Notes under the pieces: generated by a model
Told to the model about the DNA's origin: nothing
The model's input: only the letters and a program-made list of their open reading frames with translations
The model's database searches: none
Made by a program: the position numbers and the translations under genes
From: Squalus acanthias
Lineage: Eukaryota
Length of the DNA: 64,000 bases
Direction of reading: 5' to 3'
Assembly (NCBI GenBank): GCA_030390025.1
Contig: CM059432.1
Coordinates: 41,976,001 to 42,040,000 of the forward strand
Part shown: positions 37,430 through 51,634 of the stretch, one piece after another
How positions within the stretch are numbered: the first letter of the stretch is position 1
How the letters are laid out: the number at the start of each line of letters is the position of its first letter

Positions 37430-39260
37430 ACTTTCATATCGGTAGCTGGGTATAAGAATGTCAGCTACTTCCAGACGTGGGAGAGCATTCCCAGCCAGTT
37501 CACCATCAACTAGGAGACCAAAGCAGTGAGCCCGGAACTCCTTCAATGCAGACCTCCAGATCCTGATGTATGAAATGCACACGGTGAGAGCAATAGCTGG
37601 GCTCACAGGGAAGAAAGCCTGTAAATGATGTTTTCCGAGCAATGTACGGAGAGGTGGCAATAGGCACTGAATGTCTCCTCCCTTACTCCCTAGGACACCT
37701 GACCTGATGCGGGCAGAAATCATGAGAAACGAACTGCCACTGTCCCCTTTTCAGTTGGGCACCATGGGACCGCCACCACCCCCACCCCCCCTCCCCCTTC
37801 CCCCCTCCCCCACCCAACACAAATCATCCTGACATTTTAAATGGAATGATGTCTTCATGCACAGCACACCAGCCAATGGCCCTCTAACTCTTCCACCTAC
37901 ATGTGGACACCCCCTCACTAGCCTTACTTACATGTAGCCCTTTACAACTCCATCTTCTCCTGTGACACGGTCCTTCCAGCACTCTTCTGTTACATCGGCT
38001 GTCTGCTACCACCTGGGAGAAATCCTACTAATGCTTGCCTTCAGTTAATGCAGTGAATCTCATTCCAGCAAAAACTTGTTCATAATGCCCAGGAGAGGTA
38101 TGCCACCAACAGGGGAATCTTGGACATCAGAGATATGATGGCATACGAAGAGCGGCTGCTGTAGTGGCACTCCACCTTGACTCTGGGAGACGACGAGGTT
38201 GGTACAGCATTTTCAAGAACCCAACTAGCAGAAAACTTTTAGAGCTGTCTCTATCTCGTCACTCATTCTGGGCACAGCACACCAATTCTTTGCTCATTTC
38301 CTACTCTTCCACAGATCAGTCACTGCAACAGAGGGAAGGGGGAAGGTGAGGGGAACAGGAGGAGGAAGACGAGGGAATAAGCTATCTGTTGGTGGACTTT
38401 GATGATGAAGAGGAAGATGATGCTGTGCCTGCCCCATCTGCTTCTCTCCCTCCCAAGATTGATTTCATTCACTTCATCACATGCTTTCTGTGCTGCTAAC
38501 CAGCCTGGAGCCTTTCACCTCAAGATAGTAGGGTTGTGGAACAATGCACCAGGTAATTCACAGAGCTTGAGGGAACCAGCGTAGTGGGGAGTGGATGAGT
38601 GCTCTTGTTCCCTAGCAGAGGCTATGGAGAAAGTTTCCCTTGACTGCAGAGCTCGGGGTCTCAAACCTATGTGTAGGCAGACGATAGGGGTCACAGCAGA
38701 GTCCATTGCCTCCATATGCAGCAAGAGCAGGGAAACTTTTTCCTCATTGTAGATATAAAAGGAGCATGTGGCAGGTTCATTGCAGTCTGTGACCATTTCC
38801 GTCCCCCATAGAAATCACCTAGCGCATTCTATTTGGAAGCACAAACTGTAGCCCTGGGCGACATGCTCGTGAGAGAGAGAGAGCCCTACATCCTTGGGGC
38901 TAACTTACAGGAAACACTCTTTCAGGCAAACAGAATGTGATGGAAACCATTACATCTGCCATTCCACTGATCAGTTGAACCTAGGATAAGTAACAGTAGC
39001 ATAGTGGACCGACAGTGGACTTGATGCAGCTGACTTTCAGGACAGCAGAACCTGCTAGGCCTGTGGCCTAGACTCTCAGAGGCCGACACAAAAATGTTGC
39101 CCACCACAGGTCCTTCCCAGGAGTTAGCTGACATAACACAAGGGCCATCTCAGTCCTATGAGGCTCTTGTTCTAATTCAGCAGCCAACCATCTCTTACAG
39201 CACTAGCCCCCATGTGGCACCTAGAAGAAGCACCAAGGTAGGTCACAGGAAAGCACTTCT
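37430..39260 (+). pseudogene. Old relic of a Harbinger Myb-like gene
   Basis: Decayed similarity to exon 1 (~37510-37720), exon 2 (KLVHNAQERYATNRG...YEER ~38070-38155), an acidic stretch and a terminal PRRSTKVG. Confidence 0.45.
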
Positions 39261-39467
39261 CCATTTCCTATGCAAAATGGGCTCTGGTTGGAATTCTCAC
39301 CGGCAGGAGGGGGTCCACTGCTGCAGCATTGGAAGAGACGGTCGAGTTTTTAAAAGGGGTGGAAGAGCCTCAAAGAGGATTCTGAAAATTCTTTTTAGGC
39401 TTCAACCGATATCAAAGCCTAAAATGGACAGACCTGATGCTTAAGAATTCTTGGGGCCCTGGGCTCC

Positions 39468-40430
39468 AAGAACATAAGAATTAGGAGCAGGAGTAGGCCA
39501 TACAGCCCCTCGAGCCATTCAATAAGATCATGGCTGATGCAATGTCATGAACAGGTACAGAAAATAATCAAAAACGCTACTGGAATGCTGGCCTTTATAT
39601 CTGGAGGACTAGAATACAAGGGGGTAGAAGTTATGCTGCAGCTACACAAAACTCTGGTTAGACCACACCTGGAGCACTGTGAGCAGTTCTGGGCACCACA
39701 CCTTAGGAAGGACATATTGGCCTTGGAGGGAGTGCAGCGTAGGTTTACCAGAATTATACCCGGACTCCAAGGGTTAAGTTACGAGGAGAGATTACACAAA
39801 TTAGGGTTGTAATCTCTCAAATTTAGAAGGTTAAGGGGTGATCTGATCGAAGTTTTCAAGATATTAAGGGGAACAGATAGGGTAGATAGAGAGAAACTAT
39901 TTCCGCTGGTTGGGGATTCTAGGACTAGGGGGCATAGTCTAAAAATTAGAGCCAGAGTTTTGAGAAGTGAAATTAGGAAACACTTCTACACACAAAGGGT
40001 GGTAGAAGTTTGGAACTCTTTTCTGCAAACAGCAATTGATGCTAGATCAATTGTTAATTTTAAATCTGAAATTGATAGCTTTTTGTTAACCAAAGGCATT
40101 AAGGATTAAGGGATATGGGCCAAAGGCGGGTATATGGAGTTAGGTCGCAGATCAGCCATGATCTCATTGAATGGCGGAACAGGATCGAGGGGCTGAATGG
40201 CCTACTCCTGTTCCTATGTTCCTATCTTTGACCTCAACTCCACTTTCCTGCCCGATCCCCATATCCTTTGATTCCCATAGAGTCCAAAAATCTGTCTATC
40301 TCAGCCTTGAATATACTCAATGACTGAGCATCCACAGCCTTTGGGGCAGAGATTTCCAAAGATTCACAACCCTCTGAGTGAAGAAATTCCTCCTCATCTT
40401 AGTCTTAAAAGGCCGACCCCTTATCCTGAA
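39468..40430. mobile_element. Minus-strand CR1 3' end interrupted by a plus-strand CR1 (39536-40224)
   Basis: Tail aagaacataagaa at 39468; inner copy LVRPHLEHCEQFWAP with gttcctat tail; host resumes at ctttgacctcaactcc. Confidence 0.85.
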
Positions 40431-41000
40431 GAACGTTTTTGGCACCTCCGCACACCCCTCTGGTGCATTGAAGCACAAATGTGTAGTAAAATGCATGAGA
40501 ACTTAGGCTCATAGAATGTCTACACACTGTATTAATAATGGAAGAGTTAGGGAGGATGGTCCCAAGCATAGTTGAAGGTTTTGAAATTTGGGAAACAAAG
40601 CCAGGCTGAGGCATTTGGGGAGAAAGCATATTAAAAACAATGGGCTAGAAATTCATTATAACCAAGGAATGGACGGTGCCAGTAGAAAAGTTGGAGAATT
40701 CGCTCCAGGCGCTAACGCTTTAGACTGCACGCAAAATTCATGCTCACTGCTCAAAAAAATGATTGGAGTCCTAATTCAAGTCTTCAAGCCCAAGCTCATT
40801 GGCATCACACTCAAAAGGTGGACCAATATCAGGTGCAGTCTAATCGCAAGCCATGATTGTCACAAGCTTTTTTCAGTACTTAAAGGGGAACTTCACTGTT
40901 GCTGCAGAACCTCATTCTCAGCATTGCTGGCTGTGCAGCTGCCTCAGCAAGCAAAAGCAGGACAAGGAGAAGGAGCCGGAGGACTGAACCAGGTGTACGC

Positions 41001-42860
41001 ATGGCAGATCCACACCCCAGGAAGAGAGCCTGCAGATTCTGTGATGAAGCACTGGAGGCTTTGGTTTTCGCTGTGGAGGGATGGAGGGCGGTGCTGTACC
41101 CGGCAAGTGGCTGGAGGCCCTCGCCACAAGTCTTCCGCACCATGTGGAGGGAGGTAGCCCAGCAGGTCTCGGGCAGCACTGTGGTCCCCAGAACCCACAC
41201 ACAGCGCAGGAAGAAATTTAACGACCTCACTCAGGTGGTCAGTGTGACTGCATGCTTCAACAAATGCTACATACCACCACCTGAACCACACTCTTCACAC
41301 ACTGCCCAAAGCACCACAGCCCCCGCACTCACCCACCAACAATCTCTACCGACCAACACTCACACCCACATCTCACACCTTGCACACAATGACAGCTATT
41401 CAACTATGGGAGGCACATCACCCAAACACACACTTTCCTTTCTCTTGCAGGCCAAGGTGTTTCACAACAGGAGGGAGCAGGAGTGCACACGTGGAAGACA
41501 ATCCGACACCCAACGACTGTCTGAGCTAGAGACTCGAATGCTGCAGATTATTGGGCAGCAGGTTGACCCCCTTGGGGACAACAATGGTATGTTCATCCCT
41601 ACTCCTTCTTCTCACATCCCACTTCCCCCTCACCCCACAAGCGTTTCGCAGTTTCCAGCTAATCATGCTGTATGCGTGCATTTCGCCCTTCCTGCCCCCC
41701 CTCCCCTCACCTTAACCTGACTCTTGTGCCTTTATGCTTTCAGATAATGAGCAAGCACCTGAACAGCCTGTCCCTGAGGGCACTGTGGAGAGCGAGGCGG
41801 GAGAAGAGGAGGAGGAAGAACACACTGCGTCACTGCATATCTCACCCGCAGGCACCAGCTCAGATACTGGCACTACGCGTTCTTTAGAGGCTAGTATAGT
41901 AGCGGGATCTGCGCAGGGTGAGGCACCGGGGACAAGTTGGCTGCAGCAAGGCCAGGGGGAAAAGGTAGCTCAGGGGCCAGCTCCCCGGAGGGCGAGTTCA
42001 CATGTGAGTTCTGCTGCACAGGACTCAGATGAGGACCTTGATGGGGAGGCGTTTAGAAGAAGGGTGAAGGGCATGCCCACGTAGATGATAGATGCAATGG
42101 CAAGGGTGCCCGAGAGCCTCTTGGCAATGGTAAGGAGTGTAGAGGTGTCCGCCTCCAACATTGCACAAAGCTCTGCGCACCCCATGGAACCCATCATTTC
42201 CAGTCTGGAAAGGATGGTAGATTCCCTGAGAGACCGTGGCGACCCAGACCTGATGCCGCGTGTGATGGCAATCTGGCAGCTTCCATTGCAGCTCAGGCGG
42301 AAGCAATGCAACGTCTTAGTTCTGTAATGCAGTCTATGCTTGGTGGCATCCAATCTTAGACTGCTCTCATGCAGTCTCAGCTTGATGCTATGCAATCTCT
42401 GACTGCTGCCATTGTGGCTGGGCCTACCACCGTCGACCGGGGCTTTCAATGTGTCGCAACAGGCCAGCAATCTGTGCTCCAACAGATTGCTAGGGATGCT
42501 GAGGTGCTGCCCCAGGGGCGTGGCAGTGGGTCAGTGGAGCAGGAACCTGCTGTCTTCTCTCAGGATGACAGCATTCCTGCTCCCACCACTGCCACTCCAC
42601 CATTGCCCTTGTCGCTGCCTGTCATCTAACCAGCCCAGACTGCTGCCGCACATGCTGAGGTGGTGCAGTCTACAGCCGGGCCTTCCAGGCCCAGAGCTGG
42701 TCGAGGGTGTCCTGCAAGGCCATCTGAAGTCTCCTGCACGGACACTCAGCAGCCTTCCACCAGCCCTGCTGCAGCCAATGGGCCAACACTTCGTAGGAGC
42801 ACTAGAATAGGCAAAGGCACAGTAACAAGAGGCACTAAGGGATTGCAAAAGGGTGAATAG
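41001..42860 (+). pseudogene. Harbinger Myb/SANT gene, 3 exons (41001-41243, 41451-41586, 41744-42860), disrupted
   Basis: RFCDEALEALVFAV...WREVAQQV...RKKFNDL; GT-AG sites in phases 0 and 1; TAG at 42082 and later frameshifts. Confidence 0.85.
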
Positions 42861-43685
42861 TTAATATTTTTGGTGTAAATATGTGTTCACTGATTTTGGA
42901 TAAATTTATGAATTCACTTACCATTCTTTTGTGGTGTCTGTCATTTCAGCTTTGCGGTGTGAAACGGCCTGCGAGAGGGATGGGATGATGGGGATGTGGT
43001 GAGCAACGGGGGTGTGGGCTTTAAGTCATCCTGGTGTGAGGCTGGAGGTCTGTTTGGAGAAGGTGGCAGAATTCTGTGACCACCTCTTTGGTGAGGTGGA
43101 ACCATCTAATACACTGCTTCTCACTTCATTGAAGATAGGATAAGTGCTCTTGGAATACCCTCGGAGGGTAAGGCCTCCTGGTGAGAGCCCTGATGTCCCT
43201 CCTCATCTCTCTGCACACATGTTCCTGTCATTCTCGCTGCCTATGTTCCCTCCGCTGTAGATCCTGGACGGCGAGGTGGCATGCCAGTACAGCCCCCATT
43301 AATGTTACCAAGTGTAGCAGTTTGATTTTTTGAAGAATAAATGTAGCTACTTTTTAGTTGCCGCAACACTCCTGATACAAAAGAACCTTGAAATTACTGA
43401 ATCAAACTGTTGGAGTATGTGAAACTGAGAAGAAACCACTGAAACTGCACTAACCTGACAGCGAGTCATTAGTGATGATCCCTTTAAATAACATCCTAGG
43501 AGCCGGCTTCCTGGTGCTTCACGCCAGCTCTCCCTGTTGGGGTTTACTCCAGGCGCTAAGGTAGCTGGCGACAATCAATTTAGCAGACCGGGCGGTCAGT
43601 GAGCGTTGCATACTCACTGATGTCATGATCTACCTGGCGTTGACGTTCCCGGTGATAACTCTTACCAGCGGCGCTACGGGGGGCG

Positions 43686-44570
43686 GTTGATACTGAAGAA
43701 GGAAGCTGCAGACTGCAGGAAGATATCAATAAATTGGTCAGGTGGGCAGAACAGTGGCAAATGGAATTCAATCCGGAAAAGTGTGAGGTAATGCATTTGG
43801 GGAGGGCTAACAAGGAAAGGGAATACACATTAGATGGTAGGACACTGAGTAGTGTAGAGGAATAAAGGGAGCTTGGAGTGCATGTCCACAGATCCCTGAA
43901 GGTAGCAGGCCAGGTAGATAAGGTGGTTAAGAAGGCATACGGAATGCTTGCCTTTATAAGTCGTGGCATAGAATACAAGAGCAGGGGGGTTATGCTTCAA
44001 CTGTATAAAACACTAGTTAGGCCTCAGCTAGAGTACTGCGTGCAGTTCTGGTCACCACATTACAGGAAAGATGTGATTGCACTAGAGAGGGTACAGAGGA
44101 GATTTACAAGGATGTTGTCGGGAGTAGAGAATCTTAGCTATGAGGAAAGACTGGATAGGCTGGGTTTGTTTTCCTTGGAACAGAGGAGGCTGAGGTGTCT
44201 AAAATTATGAGGGGCCTAGATAAAGTGGATAGAAAGGACCTATTTCCCTTAGCAGAGGGGTCAAAAACCAGGGGGCACAGATTTAAAGTAATTGGTAGAA
44301 GGTTTAGAGGGGATTTGAGGGGAAATTTCTTCACCCAGAGGGTTATGGGGGTCTGGAACTCACTGCCTGAAAGGGTGGTAGAGGCAGAAACCCTAACCAC
44401 ATTTAAAAAGTACTTGGATGTGCACTTGGGATGCTGTAACCTGCAGGGCTACGGACCAAGAGCTGGGAAGTGGGATTAGGCTGGATAGCTCTTTGTTGGC
44501 CGGCGCGGACACGATTGCCGAAATGGCCTCCTTCCGTGCTGTAACTTTCTATGATTCTATGATTCTATGA
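43686..44570 (+). mobile_element. 5'-truncated CR1
   Basis: LVRPQLEYCVQFWSP; (attctatg)n tail. Confidence 0.9.
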
Positions 44571-44949
44571 TTTGGTGTGCGGAGCTGGATTCGCCTCGCC
44601 CCAGCGATACTGCTCTCGCGCCCCTTTAGCGCCATCTGCTGGCGCTAACGGGAGGTGCTAAGGTTACGAATTTTTCCCCCAATAAGTTAAAATAATTTCA
44701 AAAGTGACTGTAATTTGCAGCATATCTCTAAAAGAATGATGCTAAACTGGGTTCATTTTTGTTCTTAGTAATCCTTTTCCAGTGGAAAAAAACTTGATTT
44801 TCTGTGCTCCAAGTGATGATCAGCTTCTGAACAACACTCCACATAGCGTTTCTTTTGGCCACATCCACAATAACACCATATAATTTCCTTCAGGTGAAAG
44901 TATCTGAACTGGTGCCGAGAAGCTAAGAACCAATTGATACAGGAAGTGA

Positions 44950-47900
44950 GTTGGAAGGGATTGGGACAGAGGAGGTCTCTGGAGAAACTCATGGGTGGGC
45001 TGCAGATTGCCATCTCTCTCCCATCATCATCCTCCACGTGCTCATCATAGTTGATAAGAAGGTAGTTGGGTCTCTGTTCCTCTTCCTCCTCCTCATTATC
45101 TTCATCTTCCTCCTCCTGTGCCCTTTGTTGTTATGGTAGAGCAGCAGGAAAGAAGAGTAGAAGTTAAGAATGCTTGAGCATTATTCTCTGGTGATTAAGG
45201 AGCCAAAGAAAGGAGTGGGAGGTTATAAATGTGTGGTGCTTGATAGGGATGACAAGATGACAGTGTAGATGTTCAATCACTCTCTGGCAAAAGCAATATG
45301 GAGCCAACTTCACCATCTCCTACTGCAAAAGCAGAGTTCCTTCCTATGAGCTCCATGGCCTTCTCCTCATAGGATAAAGGGTTAAAGGTTCCAATGCCCC
45401 CTCCGGTGGCTTGATTTGGTGGTCATTGCATACCATTTTCTCATGCAAGAAAATTCAGTATGAGGGGAAGTTTAGCATTTGAGGAGTGTGCCAAGTAGCA
45501 TGGGGGAACTAAAAAAATGTGGGGATAGTAGCCTGGAAGTGGAGGAAGAGGTTTTAGGATTGCGGTTGTAAGTAATTGCATTTAATGTGGCTGGATAGCC
45601 ATAGTGAAAGATAAGAACATAAGAAATAGGAGCAGGAGTAGGCCATTCGGCCCTTCGAGCCTGCTCCGCCATTCAATGAGATCATGGCTGATCTTCTGCC
45701 TCAACTCCATTCACCGGCCCTATCGCCATATCCCTTGATGCCCTTACTAGTCAGAAATCTATCGACTTCTGTTTTGAATATACCCAATGACTGAGCCTCC
45801 ACAGCCCTCTGGGGTAGAGAATTCCAAAGATTCACCACCCTCTGTGTGAAGAAATTTCTTCTCATCTCAGTCCTGAATGGCCTACCCTTTATCCTGAGGC
45901 TGTGGCCCCTGATTCTAGACTCCCCAGCCAAGGAAAACATTCTCCCAGCATCCACCCTATCAAGCCCTGTAATAATTTTGTATGCTTCAATGAGATCCCC
46001 TCTCATTCTTCTGAATTCAAGAGAATACAGGCCTAGTTTACTCAATCTCTTCTCATACGACAGTCCTGCCATCCCAGGAATCAATCTCGTGAACCTTCGT
46101 TGCACTCCCTCTATGGCAAGTATATCCTTCCTTAGGTAAGGAGACCAAAATTGTACACAGTACTCCAGGTGTGGTCTCACCAAGGCCCTATATAATTGGA
46201 GCAAGACTTCTTTACTCCTGTACTCAAATCCTCTTGTAATGAAGACCAGCATACCATTTGCCTTCCTAATGGCTTGCTGCACCTGCGCATTTACTTTCAG
46301 TGACTCATGTACAAGGACACCCAGGTCCCTTTGAGCGCCTGCATTCCCCAATCTTTCACCATTTAGGAAATACTCTGCCTTTCTGTTTTTTCGACCAAAG
46401 TGGATAACTTCACATTTATCCACATTATATTCCACCTGCCATGTTCTCGCCCACTCACTGAGCCTGTCGAGATCCCCCTGAAGCCTCTTCACATCCTCTT
46501 CACAACTGACACTGCCACCTAGCTTTGTATCATCAGCAAATTTGGAAATGTTACATTTAGTCCCCTCATCCAAATCATTGATATAGATTGTGAATAGCTG
46601 GGGCCCAAGCACCGATCCTTGCAGCACCCCACTAGTCACAGCCTGCCATCCTGAAAAAGACCTGTTTATCCCTACTGTTTGTTTTCTGTCTATTAACCAA
46701 TTTTCAATCCATGCTAGTATATTACCCCCAATTCCATGCGCCCTAATTTTGTTCACCAACCTCTTGTGTGGGACCTTATCGAAGGCCTTCTGAAAATCCA
46801 GATACACCACATCTACCGGTTCCCCTTTGTCTACTCCACTAGTTACATCCTCAAAGAACTCCAATAGGTTTGTCAAACAGGATTTCCCTTTCATAAATCC
46901 ACGTTGACTCTGCCCAATCTTACTATTAGTTTCTAAGTGCCTAGTTATTGCATCCTTTATAATAGATTCCAGCAGTTTTCCAACTACTGATGTGAGGCTC
47001 CCCGTTTTCTCTCTCCCTCCTTTCTTAAATAGCGGGATTACATTTGCTATCCTCCAATCTGCAGGAATCGTTCCAGAATCTATAGAATTTTGGAAGATGA
47101 CAACCAATGCGTCCACTATCCCAATGGCCACCTCTTTCAAAACCCTAGGATGTAGGTCATCCGGTCCTTGGGATTTATCGACTTTTAGTCCCATTAATTT
47201 TGCTAGTACTGTTTTTTTACTAATAATAATTTCTTTAAGTTCCTCATTCTCGCCACACCCTTGGTTTTCTTGTATTTCTGGGAGGTTTTTTGTGTCTTCC
47301 TCCGTGAAGACAGAAACAAAGTATTTATTTAATCTCTCTGCCATTTCCTCATTCCCCATTATAAATTCTCCCGTCTCTGACTGTAAAGGACCTACATTTA
47401 CCATCGCCAGTCTTTTCCTTTTCACATACCTATAGAAGCTTTTACAATCCGTTTTTATATTTTTCGCTAGTTTGTGCTCATATTCCATTTTCCCTTTCTT
47501 TATCAATTTCTTGGTCCCCCTTTGCTGATTTCTAAAAAGATCCCAATCCTCAGGCTGACCGCTTTTTCTGGCAACTTTATAAGCTTCCTCCTTTGACTTA
47601 ATACTAGCTTTAATTTCTTTTGTTAGCCATGGTTGGATCACTTTTCCTTTTGGGTTTTTATGCCCTAGAGGAATATATGTTTGTTGCAAATTATGCATTA
47701 TTTCCTTGAATGTTAGCCATTGTATGTCCACCTTCATACCTTTTAGTGTAGTCTCCCAATCTACCTTCTTCATGGCCAACTTGTCCCTCATACCCTTGTA
47801 ATTTCCTCTGTTTAGATTGAAGACCTTAGTTTCAGATTGGACTACATCACTCTCAAACTTCATGTAAAATTCAATCATATTATGGTCACTTGTCCCTAAA

Positions 47901-49235
47901 GGCCCCTTTACCACAAGATTATTGATTAGCCCTTTCTCATTACACAGTACCAGATCCAGAATAGCCTGTTCCCTGGTTGGTTCCTCCACATACTGATCCA
48001 GGAAACCATCTCGCATGCATTCCAAGAATTCATCCTCCACACCATTAGTGGTAATTTGATTTGCCCAGTCAACATGTAGATTAAAGTCCCCATGATTACC
48101 ATATTGCCCTTGTGACATGCACTTCTAATTTCTTGATTGATACTGTGCCCTACATTACCACTACTGTTTGGTGGCCTATACACAACTCCCACCAATGTTT
48201 TCCTCCCTTTGCTGTTTCTTAGCTCCACCCAAACTGATTCTAGTTCTACATCACAATCTGCCGAGCCAAGATCTTTTATCTCTACCGTACCGATCTCATC
48301 CCTTATTAACAGTGCTACGCCACCTCTTTTTCTTTTTTGTCTGTCCTTCCTAAATGTTGAGTACCCTGGAACATTCAGTTCCCAGCTTTGGTTACCCTGC
48401 AACCATGTCTCTGTAATGGCAATTACATCATACCCATTTACTTCTATTTGTGCAATTAATTCATCCACCTTGTTGCGAATGCTACGTGCATTTAGATAAA
48501 GTGCCTTCAACTTTGCCTGTTTAATATTTTTCTGCACTTTGACCCTCTTTACTGTTGGCCTTTGTTTCTGCTCCCTACTAGTTTTGCTGACTACTTTTCT
48601 AACTTGCACTTCCAGCTTTGTTTCTCTCCATTCTAGGCCCACACTTAGGTTCCCAGCCCCCTGACAAACTAATTTAAATCCTTCCCAACAGCACTAGCAA
48701 ACCCCCCTGTGAGGATATTGGTCCCGGTTCAGCTGAGGTGTAATCCGTCCAGCTTGTACAGGTCACACCTTCCCCAGAATCAGTCCCAATGCCTCAGGAA
48801 TTTAAATCCCTCCCTCCTACACCATCTCTCCAGCCACACGTTCATCTGGTCTATTCTATTTCTGCTCTCGCTAGCACGTGGCACTGGGAGTAATGCCAAG
48901 TTAGAGCCCCCCTTAACCAGAGTGCTTTGTGAAGGATTAGTTGTACAAGTGTTGCTTTAAGAGGGTGAAGAGTATGCTGGTGTCCAGGGTGGCCAAGGAA
49001 TAAAAGGAACAGTGTGATACCTTGCCTGCCCTGGTGAGGTGAGGTGGTTGAACCTTTTATGACACTGCCCTACAGTCCTGGGGGTGAGGTAATTGGCACT
49101 CATTGCTAGTGCCACCTCCCTCCTGCTGGCATGGACCCCCAGGTATCTGTGCCTTCTTATTTTAATCTCCTCCAGGAGGGCTTTGAGGTCAGAGTCAGAA
49201 AAGTTCTGGGTTCTTCTTCCCTGGATTGGTGCCAT
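44950..49235 (-). pseudogene. Old Harbinger Myb-gene relic split by a CR1
   Basis: Exon 1 ~49025-49235 (NFSDSDLKALLEEI...PRTVGQCHKRFNHL); exon 2 ~45300-45445 (ATGGG...LSYEEKAMELIG); acidic exon 3 start ~45140. Confidence 0.65.
45611..48895 (-). mobile_element. Young CR1 with near-complete ORF2 (APE + RT)
   Basis: ORFs 47926-48642 and 45701-48118 join by one frameshift; YLDFQKAFDKVPH, FADDTKL; end of ORF1 at ~48670-48895. Confidence 0.95.
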
Positions 49236-49694
49236 GCCCTGTGTCTTGTCTAGCTGTTTGGTGCATATCGTCCTAATGTAGACATATTCTTGAAAAGTAT
49301 GATAAAAACAGATAGAAAGATAGGAGCAGGAGTCGGCCATTTGGCCCCTCGAGCCTGCTCCGCCATTCAATGCGATCATGGCTGATCATCCAAATTCAGT
49401 ACCCTGTCCCTGCTTTCTCCCCATATCCCTTGATCCCTTAGCCTTAAGAAATATATCTAACTCCTTCTTGAATATATTTAATGAATTGGCCTCAACTGCC
49501 TTCTGTGGTAGAGAATTCCACAGGTTCACCACTCTCTGGGTGAAGAAATTCCTCCTCATCTCAGTCCTAAATGGCTTACCCCTTATCCTTAGACTGTGAC
49601 CCCTGGTTCAGGACTCCCCCGCCATCGGGAACAGCCTTCCTGCATCTAGTCTGTCTAGTCCTGTTAGAATTTTACAAGTTTCAGTGAGATCCCC

Positions 49695-49837
49695 TAAAGG
49701 GATCAAGGGATATGGGGAGAAAGCAGGGACAGGGTTCTGAATTTGGATGATCAGCCAAGATTGCATTGAATGGTGGAGCAGGCTAGAGGGGCCAAATGGC
49801 CTACTCCTACTCCTATCTTCTATGTTTCTATGTTTCT
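49695..49837 (+). mobile_element. Short CR1 3' end inserted in opposite orientation within its own subfamily
   Basis: Reverse complement of ~49305-49440 with several substitutions. Confidence 0.8.
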
Positions 49838-51634
49838 ATTCTTCTAAACTCTAGCGAATATAAGCCTAATCGACCCAATCTCTCTTCATACGTCATTCCT
49901 GCCATCGCAGGTATCAGTCTGGTGAATCTTCGCTGCACTCCCTCCATGGCAAGAACATCCTTCCTCAGATAAGGCGACCAAAACTGCACACAATACTCAA
50001 GGACACCATCTTCCATTCATAAGTCTCACAGCATGGCTGAGAGACTTATGAATCTTACACCCCCCCAAAATAACAGCTAAACCTCAATTAAATTTAAAAA
50101 AAAACCCATCACATTAATAAAATAAGTATAGTTAATTAAATTAACCATTTTAAATAAAAAATTAAATTTTTGAAAAAATTTAAAATCTTTTAAAAAGTTA
50201 TAAAAATAAACTTACCTGTCTTTAAAGTCTATAAAAAAGATATACCTGTAAAAAAAAGTTAAAAAAAATACTTAATTCACTACTTACCTTCTTAAAAGCG
50301 GGTCTTACTCCTCCTTTTTACATTTCCAAAATCTTCAGTACTTACCTGCGCGTCCAAAGCATGAAGTGCACAGCGTGCGCGCAGCCTGTAGCGCGCACGC
50401 GATGCACTCCGGCCCCGCCCCCTTTTCGGAAGAGCAATTGCCGGTTTTCAGCGCATGCGCAGGGCATGCAGAAAACCGGCAATTGGAGTGGGAATACGCG
50501 AGTGTGGTCTCACCAAGGCCCTGTACAACTGCAGCAAGACATCCTTGCTCCTGTACTTGAATCCTCTCGCTATGAAGGCCAACATACCATTTGCCTTCTT
50601 AACCGCCTGCTGCACCTGCATGCTAACCTTCAGCGACTGGTGCACAAGGACACCCAGGTCTCGTTGCACTTCCCCTTTTCCCAATCTATTGCCATTCAGA
50701 TAATAATCTGCCTTCCTGTTTTTGCCACCAAAGTGGATAACCTCACATTTATCCACATTATACTGCATCTGCCATGCATCTGCCCAATCACCCAACCTGT
50801 CCAAATCATACTGCAGTTTCTCTGCATCCTCCTCACAGCACACACTCCCACCCAGCTTTGTGTCGTCTGCAAACTTGGAGATATTACATCTCGTTCCCTC
50901 GTCTAGATCATTAATATATATATTGTGAATAACTGGGGTCCTAGCACCGATCCCTGCGGTACCCCACTAGTCACTGCCTGCCACTCGGAAAAAGATGCAT
51001 TTATTCCAACTCTTTGCTTCCTGTCTGCCAACCAGTTTTCTATCCAATTCAGTACCTTACCCCCAATCCCATATGCTTTAACTTTGCACACTAATCTCTT
51101 ATGCGGGACCTTATCGAAAGCCTTCTGAAAGTCCAAATACACCACATCCACTGGTTCTCCCTTATCTATTCTACCAGTTACATCCTCAAAAAATTCCAGT
51201 AGATTAGTCAAGCATGATTTACCTTTTTAAATCCATGTTGACTTTGTCCGATCCTGTCACTGTTTTCAAAGTGCTCAGCTATTACATCTTTTAAAATGGA
51301 CTCTAGCATTTTCCCCACTAGCAATGTCAGGCTTACCGGTCTATAATTCCCCATTTTCTCTCTTCCACCTTTTTTAAATAGTAGGGTTACATTAGCTACT
51401 CTCCAATCCATGGGAACTGTTTCAGAGTCTATAGAATTTTGGAAGATGACCAGCAATGCATCTACTATTTCTAGGGCCACTTCCTTAAGTACCCTAGGAT
51501 GTAGATTATCAGGCCCTGGGGATGTATCGGCCTTCAATCCCATCAATTTCCCTAACACCATTTCCCTACAAATATTGATTTCATTCAGTTCCTCCCTCTC
51601 ATTAGACCCTATGTTCCCCAACATCTCTGGGAGT

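Larger units (their letters stand above)
40642..44680. mobile_element. Internally deleted Harbinger with CR1 insertion
   Basis: AAT|GGGCTAGAAATTC...GAATTTTTCCCCC|AAT; transposase stub on minus (~43040-43298). Confidence 0.88.
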
